DNA from: Oscillospiraceae bacterium
GTDB lineage: Bacteria; Bacillota; Clostridia; Oscillospirales; CAG-382
Reading direction: 5' to 3'
DNA: 64,000 nt
NCBI GenBank assembly: GCA_015064625.1
Contig: SVRW01000010.1
Coordinates: forward strand, 5,136-69,135
Shown: piece after piece, positions 1 to 8,879 of the stretch
Layout of the letters: each line of letters opens with the position of its first letter
Position numbering within the stretch: the first letter of the stretch is position 1
The notes under the pieces: model-generated
Told to the model about the DNA's origin: nothing
Database searches by the model: none
Seen by the model: only the letters and a program-made list of their open reading frames with translations
Made by a program: the position numbers and the translations under genes

Positions 1-111
1 GTGCCCATATTCACCAGACAAAAAGTATCTTTTTGGAAAATACTATTATTTTGAAAATGTTTAAAAAATGATATAAAATAAAGAAAACCATTACACATTT
101 CGATATTTTCC

Positions 112-137
112 TTGACTATAATTTATAGAAGGGCAAA
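112..137 (+). promoter_or_regulatory. Conserved motif upstream of sigma paralog A (TTGACTATA-N7-GAAGGGC); candidate autoregulated promoter or operator
   Basis: TTGACTATAATTTATAGAAGGGCAAA lies ~25 nt upstream of the 160 start. Near-identical motifs lie upstream of the two other sigma paralogs (5901..5924 minus strand, 36542..36564). Confidence 0.35.
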
Positions 138-159
138 TACATAGAAATGAGGCAAGGAT

Positions 160-753
160 ATGGGACTTAAAGAAGAAAACTCAAAAACTTATATGGATGA
201 CGAACAAATCGTTGAGCTTTATTGGAAGCGGGATGAAAGAGCGTTGGAAGAAACCGACTTTAAATACAAAAAGTATTTATCTTTAGTAGCTTACAATATT
301 GTTCATGATACGTTGGATTGCGAAGAATGCCTGAATGATACATACGTTGGAGCATGGAATGCCATTCCCCCTTCGAAACCTAACGTTCTGAAAGCGTTTC
401 TGACGACTATTATGCGCAGAATAGCCGTAAACCGTTTTCATCATAATTTGAGAAAATCCTCTGTTTCTTCCGAAATGTCCGTATCACTTTCAGAGCTTGA
501 AGAATTTATTTCTGACGATAAAGACGTTGAAACTGAAATTGATACTGCCATTCTTGGAAAAGTGATCAGTGATTTCATTCGTTCATTATCTGAACGTAGA
601 CGATTTATTTTCATGAGCAGATATTACGTTGCAACTCCTATTGATACAATAGCAAAGGATTTGAACGTGAGCAGATCGACGGTGAATAAAGAACTTGCCT
701 CAATTAAAAACGCCCTCAAAGAAAAACTTGAAATGGAGGGTTATACTTTATGA
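160..753 (+). CDS. ECF-type sigma-70 family RNA polymerase sigma factor (paralog A of three)
   Basis: 197 aa. Region-2-like EECLNDTYVGAWNAIPP and C-terminal region-4 HTH IDTIAKDLNVSRSTVNKEL. The stop overlaps the next start (ATGA). Clear paralogy to 5321..5872(-) and 36592..37173(+). Confidence 0.85.
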   Translation: MGLKEENSKTYMDDEQIVELYWKRDERALEETDFKYKKYLSLVAYNIVHDTLDCEECLNDTYVGAWNAIPPSKPNVLKAFLTTIMRRIAVNRFHHNLRKSSVSSEMSVSLSELEEFISDDKDVETEIDTAILGKVISDFIRSLSERRRFIFMSRYYVATPIDTIAKDLNVSRSTVNKELASIKNALKEKLEMEGYTL

Positions 754-2069
754 AGCAAACAGAATGGAATGAGGCTTTGAATCATATTGATTCAGAACTG
801 GTTGAGGAATACGTTACACGAAAAGAAAAACTTACCCGTAAGAATAAATATAAAAGTTTGTGGATTCGTTTTGGTGCCGCTGCGGCTTGCATGGCTTTAG
901 TAATAGGAGTGGTCTTTGCGTATAATAATTCCAAAATTCCTGTTTGGGATAATGCTCAATTTTCTGCATCGTATATTGGAGAACTGTTCGGTGTAAAAGA
1001 TAGTTATGGAGCTACCAGCTCTTATACCAAGGTATATGTACCGAGCGACGAGTATCTTTATATCAATGAAATACCTGATACAGAGTATCTTGGAATATAT
1101 AAAGGTCAAAACCTAAAAAAAGACCTTGATGAAAATGAACTTCGCCAATTCTCAAATGCTTTTTTTGAACCATTGGCATCTTCTTTGGGATGTGACGTCC
1201 CTGAATATGAAATTAAAGATCGGGTATTTAGAGAAGGACTGAGTATTGATAGTAAATTTGGAGAATATTCCGTGTTTGTTACACAGAATGAAAGATACAA
1301 TAGTGTTAGCATCAATAATTTCGATGGAAAAAGAAACATTATTCTTGACGGAGAAATTATTCAAGCCGATCAGCGTTTGTCTGATGAGGAAATAATAAAA
1401 TCCCTTGAACCGATAAAAAACAAGTTGTTCGAAATTTTAGGCGTTTCTTTTTCAGATGCTAAAGTTGAGCGTTATTACAATGGATATTCAGACCATGGAG
1501 TGAATCATTTAGGTATTGTTTTTTACGATAAATCTTCACATTCTTTGAATTCTTTGGACGAAACAGTTTATTCGGATTGTATCAGTATTGAATTTGATAA
1601 TTTTGAGAATTATTCTGATGATATTATCAGTGATGGCGTGCTTATCGTATCAAATATTCATTACAGAAAATATCGAATAGACATATCAAAAAAATATCTG
1701 AAAATTGCAGATGCTAAAAGAATTTCCATAGAAGAAGCTGAAAAACTTTTGTATAAAGGCTATGTTTTTGGCGGCCATATATGTCCTATATGTATGTCAA
1801 TGCAAGACAAAGTTGATTTTGAGGGGTACGATTACACTGGATTCGAATACGTATTCGGATATGATTACGAAAATGATTGCAAAAAGGAAGGTATCCCATT
1901 TTACACTTTTTATAAAAAAATAGGAAAGAGCGAAAACGGAAATACAATATATGCTAAAACATACGTTCCCGCTATTGAAGTTAAGGGATACAAAGAATAT
2001 TTCGAAAGTCAAAAGGAAAAACATAGAAATACCCCTGTATATACCCCTGTATATGCAACAACAAGTTGA
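750..2069 (+). CDS. Putative anti-sigma factor: single-pass membrane protein with a Cys-containing extracytoplasmic domain (paralog of 37170..38801)
   Basis: 439 aa, 4-nt overlap with the sigma gene. Short N-terminal cytoplasmic segment, TM helix (WIRFGAAAACMALVIGVVF) and large C-terminal domain. Collinear with 37170..38801 (IQADQRLSDEEI, EEAEKLLYKGYVFGGHICPICM, FYKKIGKSENGNTIYAKTYV). Confidence 0.55.
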   Translation: MKQTEWNEALNHIDSELVEEYVTRKEKLTRKNKYKSLWIRFGAAAACMALVIGVVFAYNNSKIPVWDNAQFSASYIGELFGVKDSYGATSSYTKVYVPSDEYLYINEIPDTEYLGIYKGQNLKKDLDENELRQFSNAFFEPLASSLGCDVPEYEIKDRVFREGLSIDSKFGEYSVFVTQNERYNSVSINNFDGKRNIILDGEIIQADQRLSDEEIIKSLEPIKNKLFEILGVSFSDAKVERYYNGYSDHGVNHLGIVFYDKSSHSLNSLDETVYSDCISIEFDNFENYSDDIISDGVLIVSNIHYRKYRIDISKKYLKIADAKRISIEEAEKLLYKGYVFGGHICPICMSMQDKVDFEGYDYTGFEYVFGYDYENDCKKEGIPFYTFYKKIGKSENGNTIYAKTYVPAIEVKGYKEYFESQKEKHRNTPVYTPVYATTS

Positions 2070-2136
2070 TAAATTTTTCTTTTGTTGTAAGATTTTGAGA
2101 AAAAAGTTGACTTAATGGTTGAAGGGAGGAATTTAC

Positions 2137-2721
2137 ATGAAAGGTAAAAATAAATGTAAAATTCTAAAAGACATCAGAAAAGCCATAGCTATGGAAAACG
2201 ATATTGAATACGTTACCTCTGAATGTAAATATCAAGGGGATTGTAGTGGAACTTGTCCGAAATGTGAATCTGAGGTAAGATATCTTGAAGCGGAGCTTGA
2301 AAAACGCCGTTTGGCTGGAAAGACCGTGGCTGTTGCAGGAATTGCCGCATCGATGATTTTGTCTTCGGGATGCGGACCTTCGGGGAACGGGATTTTTACG
2401 GAAACTCTGAAAGGTGACGTTCTTGCTCCTGAATATTCTTCTTCTATGCTTGTAGACGGTCAGATAGAAGTTTCGCAGACAATGGGTGAGGAAATTCCTG
2501 AATCATCGACCGTCGATGAATCTTCGTTTGAAATTGTAGACGGTCAGATGGAAGTTTCGTTAATGGGTGATATAGAAATTTCTGAGTCATCGACCGTTGA
2601 TGAATCTTTCTTTGAACTTGTTGGTGGTCAAATTCTTGCTCCTTCTGATATGACAGAAGATATGAGTGATATAGTGGAGATAACGGGGGAAGAAGTCCCT
2701 CCGAGTGAGAACGCCGAATGA
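2137..2721 (+). CDS. Cys-rich single-pass membrane protein with acidic repeat ectodomain
   Basis: ATG at 2137 preceded by GGGAGGA (the tracked ORF starts at 2119). N-terminal C-x5-C-x3-C-x2-C cluster (CKYQGDCSGTCPKC), TM helix VAVAGIAASMILSSG, then two 28-aa acidic repeats. The stop overlaps the start of the radical SAM gene. Confidence 0.6.
   Translation: MKGKNKCKILKDIRKAIAMENDIEYVTSECKYQGDCSGTCPKCESEVRYLEAELEKRRLAGKTVAVAGIAASMILSSGCGPSGNGIFTETLKGDVLAPEYSSSMLVDGQIEVSQTMGEEIPESSTVDESSFEIVDGQMEVSLMGDIEISESSTVDESFFELVGGQILAPSDMTEDMSDIVEITGEEVPPSENAE
2452..2619 (+). repeat. Two tandem 84-nt (28-aa) in-frame repeats inside CDS 2137..2721
   Basis: GTAGACGGTCAGAT(A/G)GAAGTTTCG starts at 2452 and again at 2536, with a partial third unit from 2620. 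Protein units are VDGQIEVSQTMGEEIPESSTVDESSFEI and VDGQMEVSLMGDIEISESSTVDESFFEL. Confidence 0.8.
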
Positions 2722-3338
2722 AAGAAAATAATATAACCGCTCCTGTTATCTCATATTCACGTTTGAGAATGGAAACTGACGGGAAGGGCGTTACGACTTT
2801 GGTATGCTTTCACGGTTGCCCGCTTCGATGCAAATATTGCCTTAACCCGTTTTCATTCAAGGATGAAACAAAACGAGAATACGTTTCTCCAAAATCTCTT
2901 TATGATTCACTGAAAATCGACCAATTGTATTTTCTCGCAACAGGTGGGGGAGTGACTTTCGGTGGCGGAGAACCTTTGCTTTATCCGAGGTTTATAAAAG
3001 AGTTTTGTGAATGTTGCGGTAAGGATTGGCACATTTGTGCCGAAACTTCTTTGAACGTCCCAGAAGAAAACGTTCGAATTGCTTCAGAATGTGTGGATAA
3101 ATTTTACGTTGATTGCAAAGACACAAACCCTGTTATATATAAAAACTATACATGTAGGGATAATAAAAAAATGCTTGATAATTTAGCTTTGCTTTTATCC
3201 TTAGTGGGTGCAGACAGAATAATGGTTCGCGTTCCTTTGATTCCCGATTATAACACAGAAGAAGACAGAAAAAACAGCGTTGAGCTTTTGTTGTCCATGG
3301 GAATAACTAATCTTGATCTTTTCAAATATAAAAAATAA
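2718..3338 (+). CDS. Radical SAM protein, glycyl-radical-enzyme activase-like (PflA/NrdG-type)
   Basis: 206 aa. CxxxCxxC cluster motif in GVTTLVCFHGCPLRCKYCLNP and SAM-binding GGGVTFGGGEPLL. ATGA overlap with the upstream gene. Confidence 0.8.
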   Translation: MKENNITAPVISYSRLRMETDGKGVTTLVCFHGCPLRCKYCLNPFSFKDETKREYVSPKSLYDSLKIDQLYFLATGGGVTFGGGEPLLYPRFIKEFCECCGKDWHICAETSLNVPEENVRIASECVDKFYVDCKDTNPVIYKNYTCRDNKKMLDNLALLLSLVGADRIMVRVPLIPDYNTEEDRKNSVELLLSMGITNLDLFKYKK

Positions 3339-3343
3339 CAAAA

Positions 3344-3381
3344 GGATGTAGCCAATGCGAAACTTCGCATTGGCTACATCC
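3344..3381. terminator. Bidirectional intrinsic terminator between convergent genes
   Basis: Near-perfect 16-17-bp hairpin GGATGTAGCCAATGCGAA / (T)TCGCATTGGCTACATCC closing a very short loop, between the stops at 3338(+) and 3414(-). Confidence 0.8.
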
Positions 3382-3413
3382 TCAAATATTACCTTTTTTG
3401 TCGATATATCGGA

Positions 3414-5324
3414 TCAGTTAAAAACCTTTTTGACTCTAAAGTCATTGTTTCCAAACATATACATATATCCATCAATATAAACCCCGCGCTTGTTGGCTGA
3501 ATCGCCTGCAAGCGGTACGTTAACAAGCTCTACAAGCTCATATCCATCAAAATGAAGAAGGATGTATCTGCTTTCGATGTTATATTTGTTATAGCTGCTA
3601 TCCATAAGAACGCCAATGCCTATAAGCTGATTTTGGCGGTCTATATAGTAAGATTTATAATCGGTAGAATAGTATGTTTCCTTGAGTTCGTATTGGCACA
3701 GAGCACGAACACCGTTTTCGGTTTCTTCGTAGACTTCAGCCTTGAAGCTATTCCAACTATCACCTCTGCCAATTCCAAGAAGATAACCGTTTCCAATGTT
3801 AATAAGAGATGTTGAGAAGCCTTCAATAGTACCTGTGTCCTTATAGGTGATGTTATTTAGGTCAGACAAATCAAAGAAGAAAACAGGGTCTGAAAGCTCA
3901 ATAGAGGTACAAACGTATGCTGCCTCTTTGTCGAATCTTACAGAGCGAACTTGCTCGTTTGGCGGTGCAAAATCAATAACCGAAGCCACGATTTCAAAGT
4001 TTGAAAGGTCGATGCAATACAAGCTGGCATTGGATTGTCGCGCAATAATTTCATGCAAAATGGTTTCATTGCCATAACTCTGTTCTTTGCGTGTTGTAGA
4101 CTCTGTTGTTGTGAAAACACGAAGAACGCCTTCATATTCATCCATGCTCCATTGATCTTTGATGTAACCTCTTACTGTAACGGTTCCTTTGGTTTCAAAG
4201 ACGTCTCCACCGTAGGACAGACAAGAAATCTCCGTCATTGAATTTCTTGTATACGTACCATCATCGTTTTTCTTTTCATCTATGAAATCATGAGTTAAAA
4301 ACACGTGGTTTTCGGAAACGTAAACATTCAAGGTATAGGAAAGATATGCTGCTGAACTTTTGATGCTCAGTGTATTCTCATCCAACTTCATTACAACAAC
4401 ATAACGGTTACTGTCAAGGACAGCGGAAGATACTATACCACTTGCAGGAATACTGTGTGAGCCATAACCTTCATCAATTTGAGGAAGAAACGTTGTTTCA
4501 TCATCAAAATCAACGTTTTTTCCGTCGAATACGAACTCAGTTAATAGCAAAATAGTTCCGTTTGTTACGCGAGATGATAAATAACCTCCTGTAATGCTGA
4601 ATTCGTCATTTTTTGTAATATTGGCAGGGTCGCTGACATCAAGGGAAATCAATTTAACGTAGCGAATAGAATTGTTGTCTGTTTTCTCCAAATATTGAGT
4701 AATAACAGTTACAGTTTTGCAATCACTTGAAAGATAGAATTCCCATTGGTGCAAATAATGGTTCTCGCCTTCTTCATATATGGCGTAACTGCCGACCTCC
4801 GATGTGTTTTCTTTGTCGATGGAGTATACGCGAAGCACTTCATTATCAAGATAAAAAATATACTTGTCACTCCGTTTGATGCGGTCGGCTTCGATAATGC
4901 CTTCAACTTGGTTGTCGGTGATTTCTTCGTAACTATTTACGCTGTTTTGCGTCATATTCTCCGAGAGGGCACCATCTCCGCCGGCTAATTCACCCTTGGT
5001 TGAAGAAATACTTTTTATCCCAGCCCATAATTTTTCAGCATTATTTTTGTACTTGGGACGCACAAAAGTGAGAGCGTTCACCTTTTGAATAAGTTCATAA
5101 TATTCGCTATCCGAGTATTTTGATACGTCGGGCGGGGTGGTGCTATAAGGGAGGAAGAGCCACAAGCTGCAAAAAACAATCAAAAAGCAAGCGCAAGCAA
5201 TCGCAATTGATTTTGAAGTAAATATCTTATGTCTTTTGGGTTTGATTACATTATCGGGATGAGCTTCATCAATGTATTTATCATCAACAAGGCTAAAATC
5301 ACGATACCAATTCTTTTTCTTCAT
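3414..5324 (-). CDS. Membrane-anchored beta-propeller-domain protein; putative anti-sigma or sensor partner of sigma paralog B
   Basis: 636 aa, 4-nt overlap with the sigma gene upstream. N-terminal motif (VDDKYIDEA) plus TM helix as in the other two partners. The long extracytoplasmic region resembles the clostridial/archaeal Beta_propel family (recalled from memory, not searched). Confidence 0.5.
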   Translation of the reverse strand: MKKKNWYRDFSLVDDKYIDEAHPDNVIKPKRHKIFTSKSIAIACACFLIVFCSLWLFLPYSTTPPDVSKYSDSEYYELIQKVNALTFVRPKYKNNAEKLWAGIKSISSTKGELAGGDGALSENMTQNSVNSYEEITDNQVEGIIEADRIKRSDKYIFYLDNEVLRVYSIDKENTSEVGSYAIYEEGENHYLHQWEFYLSSDCKTVTVITQYLEKTDNNSIRYVKLISLDVSDPANITKNDEFSITGGYLSSRVTNGTILLLTEFVFDGKNVDFDDETTFLPQIDEGYGSHSIPASGIVSSAVLDSNRYVVVMKLDENTLSIKSSAAYLSYTLNVYVSENHVFLTHDFIDEKKNDDGTYTRNSMTEISCLSYGGDVFETKGTVTVRGYIKDQWSMDEYEGVLRVFTTTESTTRKEQSYGNETILHEIIARQSNASLYCIDLSNFEIVASVIDFAPPNEQVRSVRFDKEAAYVCTSIELSDPVFFFDLSDLNNITYKDTGTIEGFSTSLINIGNGYLLGIGRGDSWNSFKAEVYEETENGVRALCQYELKETYYSTDYKSYYIDRQNQLIGIGVLMDSSYNKYNIESRYILLHFDGYELVELVNVPLAGDSANKRGVYIDGYMYMFGNNDFRVKKVFN

Positions 5325-5872
5325 ACAAAAATCCCTTCCTTTGTAAGATAATCTTTGAATTTCATTCTTGTTCTATGTAGGATGACACTAATATGACTTT
5401 CTGAAAGTTGCATACCTTTTGCAATATCTTTAACACTCATGGAATACCAATACCTGCGCATAAAGATAACACGGGTTTGGACATCAAGGCGTGAAAGAAA
5501 ACCATTGATTGCCTGCTTAAGCGCAAACTTATCTTCAATTTGAGCATCTCTGTTCGGTATACATTCCCAATATTCATCAATAGCAACGTCTATCTCTCCG
5601 TCACGTTTTTTTGCCTTGTCATACCGAAGTCGGTCTATGGCGATATTTCGGGTAATACGTGCGAGAAAGCACTGTAACTTAGTTGGCTTTTCCGGCGGCA
5701 TAGTATTCCACGCACCGTTCCAAGTATCACTTAAGCATTCTTCTGAATCTTCGTGCGAATGGAGAATATTATATGCGATAGTGTAGCAATATTTACCGTA
5801 TTTACTTTCGGTTTCCGAAATGGCATTTTCATTGCGTTCCCAATACAGCATAATTATTTTTTCGTCTTCCAT
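5321..5872 (-). CDS. ECF-type sigma-70 family RNA polymerase sigma factor (paralog B)
   Basis: 183 aa. EECLSDTWNGAWNTMPP and region-4 HTH VKDIAKGMQLSESHISVILHRTR. Alignable along its length with paralogs A and C. Confidence 0.85.
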   Translation of the reverse strand: MEDEKIIMLYWERNENAISETESKYGKYCYTIAYNILHSHEDSEECLSDTWNGAWNTMPPEKPTKLQCFLARITRNIAIDRLRYDKAKKRDGEIDVAIDEYWECIPNRDAQIEDKFALKQAINGFLSRLDVQTRVIFMRRYWYSMSVKDIAKGMQLSESHISVILHRTRMKFKDYLTKEGIFV

Positions 5873-5900
5873 ATAGTCAACTCCTTACATAGTTCCTAAA

Positions 5901-5924
5901 GGCCTTTCATCTATATAGTCGTAA
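5901..5924 (-). promoter_or_regulatory. Conserved motif upstream of sigma paralog B (reads TTACGACTATATAGATGAAAGGCC on the minus strand)
   Basis: Same GACTATA-N5-GA(A/T)GAA(A/G)GGCC core as at 36542..36564 and 112..137. Confidence 0.35.
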
Positions 5925-5975
5925 AGCAATTTTAATTTCTTACAGCTTGAAGGAATATTTTTTAAATAAAAGCAA

Positions 5976-6001
5976 AGCTGTATCAAATAATCGATACAGC
6001 T
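5976..6001 (-). terminator. Intrinsic terminator after CDS 6008..7174
   Basis: AGCTGTATC / GATACAGCT 9-bp stem, with a T-rich tract on the minus strand immediately downstream. Confidence 0.6.
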
Positions 6002-6007
6002 CAAATA

Positions 6008-7174
6008 TTACAATGAAATCAAATCAAAAAGTTTTTGCGGAGTCGTACAACCAAGTTTATTTAAAGACTTAGAGGCGTATGAATCAAAGGAAGTATGGTC
6101 AACAAGTCTGAAAACAGCAGCACACATATCTATAAACTGTGTTTTGTCTTTGCGATTGAACATATATCCTAAGCTCAGAAAACGCATCAGCGCATATATG
6201 GCACAAAGTGAAGCAAATTCATCCCAAAGACGAACGGGACGGTCCTGAAATGGAAATTGTTCAAAGAACATATGGTTTACAATAACGTGTTCAAAGAATA
6301 TTTCCCAATTTGGAAAAGCATTTTCAAAATGAGTTTTAGACTTTTCGTAAGCATCCAAAAGGTTTTCCGCACTGTTGAAAAATGCCAATGCTTCTTCTCC
6401 GTATTTTCTGACGGATGTGCTTCTCCCATCAATAAATGTCAAAAGCTCCGTTATGTTTTCTATGCCTGATTCAAGATGATCAAATCTGAATATAAAGCTG
6501 GGAATATCACATGCGGGCGATGAAGAAAGAATAGCGTTCAGGGTATCTTTCCTTTGGTTTTCTATTGCGGATTCTATCTCGCCAAGGGTTTCTCCTAATG
6601 ATATTATCCTTTTATAAAGAGGTATAGCTCTGTTTTGAATTATTGAAATGAGATAAAGCTTGATTTCCTGCTCTTTTTCAAAAACGGAATATGTTACAGC
6701 TCTTTTTCCGAAAGGAGGCATATTGACAGACAACGTTTCTCTGTAAAACTTTATTGGTTCTTCACGTTCAATGAAACCTTCAAGAACGGCTTCACAACTA
6801 TTGGCGCAGGAACATTCGTAATCGGGTTCTATACGTAAACCTCTTGGATAAAGTCTGCATACGTCTGCCAAGACGTTTTCGCCTAATTCAGCATGAATTG
6901 CACATCTGCCGTCCTCAAGTCTTATGGGACAGTTTCCGTCGTATTTGGGTAGAATCTGTGCGTATTCATCGGGAGTAGGGGATAATGAAATCTTGATACC
7001 CTTGTCAAGTCTGCATCTTAACTGTTCGGAACATTCACTTCCCATCAATCTGAAATAATCTTCAACGGAAAACGTGATGGGCCATCCTTCGCAACAAGCA
7101 TGCCTGCATTTTCCCATTTTACAGGCGAAGGTGTTGTAATAATCAGGCATTAAAAAATCGTGTTTTTCAATCAT
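6008..7174 (-). CDS. Cys-rich FliB/YkgJ-like protein (family usually annotated flagellin lysine-N-methylase)
   Basis: 388 aa. N-terminal FACKMGKCRHACCEGWPITF signature and a second Cys cluster. There is no flagellar context in the window. Confidence 0.5.
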   Translation of the reverse strand: MIEKHDFLMPDYYNTFACKMGKCRHACCEGWPITFSVEDYFRLMGSECSEQLRCRLDKGIKISLSPTPDEYAQILPKYDGNCPIRLEDGRCAIHAELGENVLADVCRLYPRGLRIEPDYECSCANSCEAVLEGFIEREEPIKFYRETLSVNMPPFGKRAVTYSVFEKEQEIKLYLISIIQNRAIPLYKRIISLGETLGEIESAIENQRKDTLNAILSSSPACDIPSFIFRFDHLESGIENITELLTFIDGRSTSVRKYGEEALAFFNSAENLLDAYEKSKTHFENAFPNWEIFFEHVIVNHMFFEQFPFQDRPVRLWDEFASLCAIYALMRFLSLGYMFNRKDKTQFIDMCAAVFRLVDHTSFDSYASKSLNKLGCTTPQKLFDLISL

Positions 7175-7336
7175 ATAAATTCTCTTTCTTCAGAATGGAA
7201 AAATTATACTCCTATGTTTTTTTCAATTCAAGTACAAAAAGAAAATTTTTTTGTGTTGTATTTTTTCTAAAAATATGATAAAATTAAAACGAATTTGAAT
7301 AGTACAATTACGAAAACTTTCGGGAAAACGGTAAAA

Positions 7337-8017
7337 ATGGGAGATAAAATACTACAAGATTTGCTTGAATTCCAAGATAGTAAATATAAAGCTTTTTATA
7401 TGAAACTTATACCTAATATAGATCCCAATAAAATTATCGGTATAAGAACGCCTTTACTGAAAAAATATGCGAAAGACATTTTTGGAAGGGTAGATGCAGA
7501 AAAATTTTTATCAATCTTGCCCCATACATATTATGAGGAAAACAACCTTCATAGTTTTCTTATAATGCAAATAAAGGATTTTGACCGATGTATTTATGAA
7601 ATTGAACGCTTCCTTCCCTTTGTTGACAATTGGGGGACTTGTGATTCTCTGCGCCCTGAAATTTTTTCAAAAAATAAAAAAGAGTTATTACCTTGTATAT
7701 ATAGATGGATATCTTCGGAGCATACGTATACTAAAAGATTCGGAATACAAATGTTAATGGTTCACTTTCTTGATTCGGATTTTGATGAAGTTTTTTTAGA
7801 AGCTGTAGCGGATATAAAGAGCAATGAATACTACGTTAATATGATGATAGCATGGTTTTTTGCAACTGCCCTTGTTTTTCAATACGAAAAAACTTTGCCT
7901 TTTTTAACCGATAAACGTCTTGATAAATGGGTTCACAATAAAACCTTGTCGAAAGCAAATGATAGCTTCAGAATAACGCCTGAACAGAAAGCATTTCTTA
8001 AAACGTTGAAAATATGA
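7337..8017 (+). CDS. DNA alkylation repair protein (AlkC/AlkD-like HEAT-repeat family)
   Basis: ATG at 7337 (the tracked ORF begins at TTG 7295). The pattern FQDSKYKAFYMKLIPNIDPNKIIGIRTPLLKKYAK is typical of the family. Confidence 0.65.
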   Translation: MGDKILQDLLEFQDSKYKAFYMKLIPNIDPNKIIGIRTPLLKKYAKDIFGRVDAEKFLSILPHTYYEENNLHSFLIMQIKDFDRCIYEIERFLPFVDNWGTCDSLRPEIFSKNKKELLPCIYRWISSEHTYTKRFGIQMLMVHFLDSDFDEVFLEAVADIKSNEYYVNMMIAWFFATALVFQYEKTLPFLTDKRLDKWVHNKTLSKANDSFRITPEQKAFLKTLKI

Positions 8018-8040
8018 AAATCCTTACCTTTTTTAAAAAA

Positions 8041-8076
8041 ACAGAGCTGATATGCAAATTTTCACATCAGCTCTGT
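8041..8076. terminator. Bidirectional intrinsic terminator
   Basis: ACAGAGCTGAT...ATCAGCTCTGT stem flanked by an A-run upstream and a T-run downstream, between convergent genes. Confidence 0.75.
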
Positions 8077-8080
8077 TTAT

Positions 8081-8809
8081 TTATTTCAATCCTTCTTCAA
8101 GAATTGCTCTTACTCTGTCACCAATAATATTTGTTTTTACACCTTTTATTTCTTCCACAGGAATAATTTCCAAAACGTCAATATATATTGTTGTGCTATT
8201 GAATGGATAGTTTCTGTTGATATCGTCTGCGTTCTTTACTGCAACGACAGCAATAGGTTTGTTTGCTTTCTGCGCTGCTCTGAAAACGCCGTTGTGGAAA
8301 GGAGCCATTTCCGCTTCTGTGTGTCTTTTCCCCTCGGGATATACACCGAATGAAATCTCACCTTTTTCCATAATCTTTGCTGCTTTATTTACGGTTTCCA
8401 TTGCTTGAAAGATGTCATCTTTAGCAATTGGTAAAAAGCAACATCTGTGAATTATTCTTCCGAAAATAGGCACCTTGAAATTTTCGGGTTTTGACATGAA
8501 TGAAACGTTATGCTCTTTAAAAACGTACCAACTCAATATTGGGTCAAGATTTGATCGGTGATTGGATACGAAATAGTAATTCTGATTTTTGTCAAGCTTT
8601 TCTTTTCCTGTAACCTTTAATTTTATTCTTAACACAACCATTCCCGTAAGAGTTGCAAAATTTAAAGCTTCACGGTAAAATTTATTGTTTTCGGTGTATT
8701 CTTTTTTTGTGTCAACCAATAATGAACACGTGATATAAAAAGCAAACCATAGAATTACGAACAAAAGCACCAATGATAAAAGTGCTAAAAGAATATGTAA
8801 GAAAATCAT
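8081..8809 (-). CDS. plsC: 1-acyl-sn-glycerol-3-phosphate acyltransferase
   Basis: 242 aa. N-terminal TM helix, HX4D acyltransferase motif (NHRSNLDP) and the YPEGKR block. Confidence 0.75.
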   Translation of the reverse strand: MIFLHILLALLSLVLLFVILWFAFYITCSLLVDTKKEYTENNKFYREALNFATLTGMVVLRIKLKVTGKEKLDKNQNYYFVSNHRSNLDPILSWYVFKEHNVSFMSKPENFKVPIFGRIIHRCCFLPIAKDDIFQAMETVNKAAKIMEKGEISFGVYPEGKRHTEAEMAPFHNGVFRAAQKANKPIAVVAVKNADDINRNYPFNSTTIYIDVLEIIPVEEIKGVKTNIIGDRVRAILEEGLK

Positions 8810-8879
8810 TTTAATAAATCTCCTTTAAATCCTTATATTTAAAATATTTTATCAAAGAAAACTAAACTGAATATAAAAT

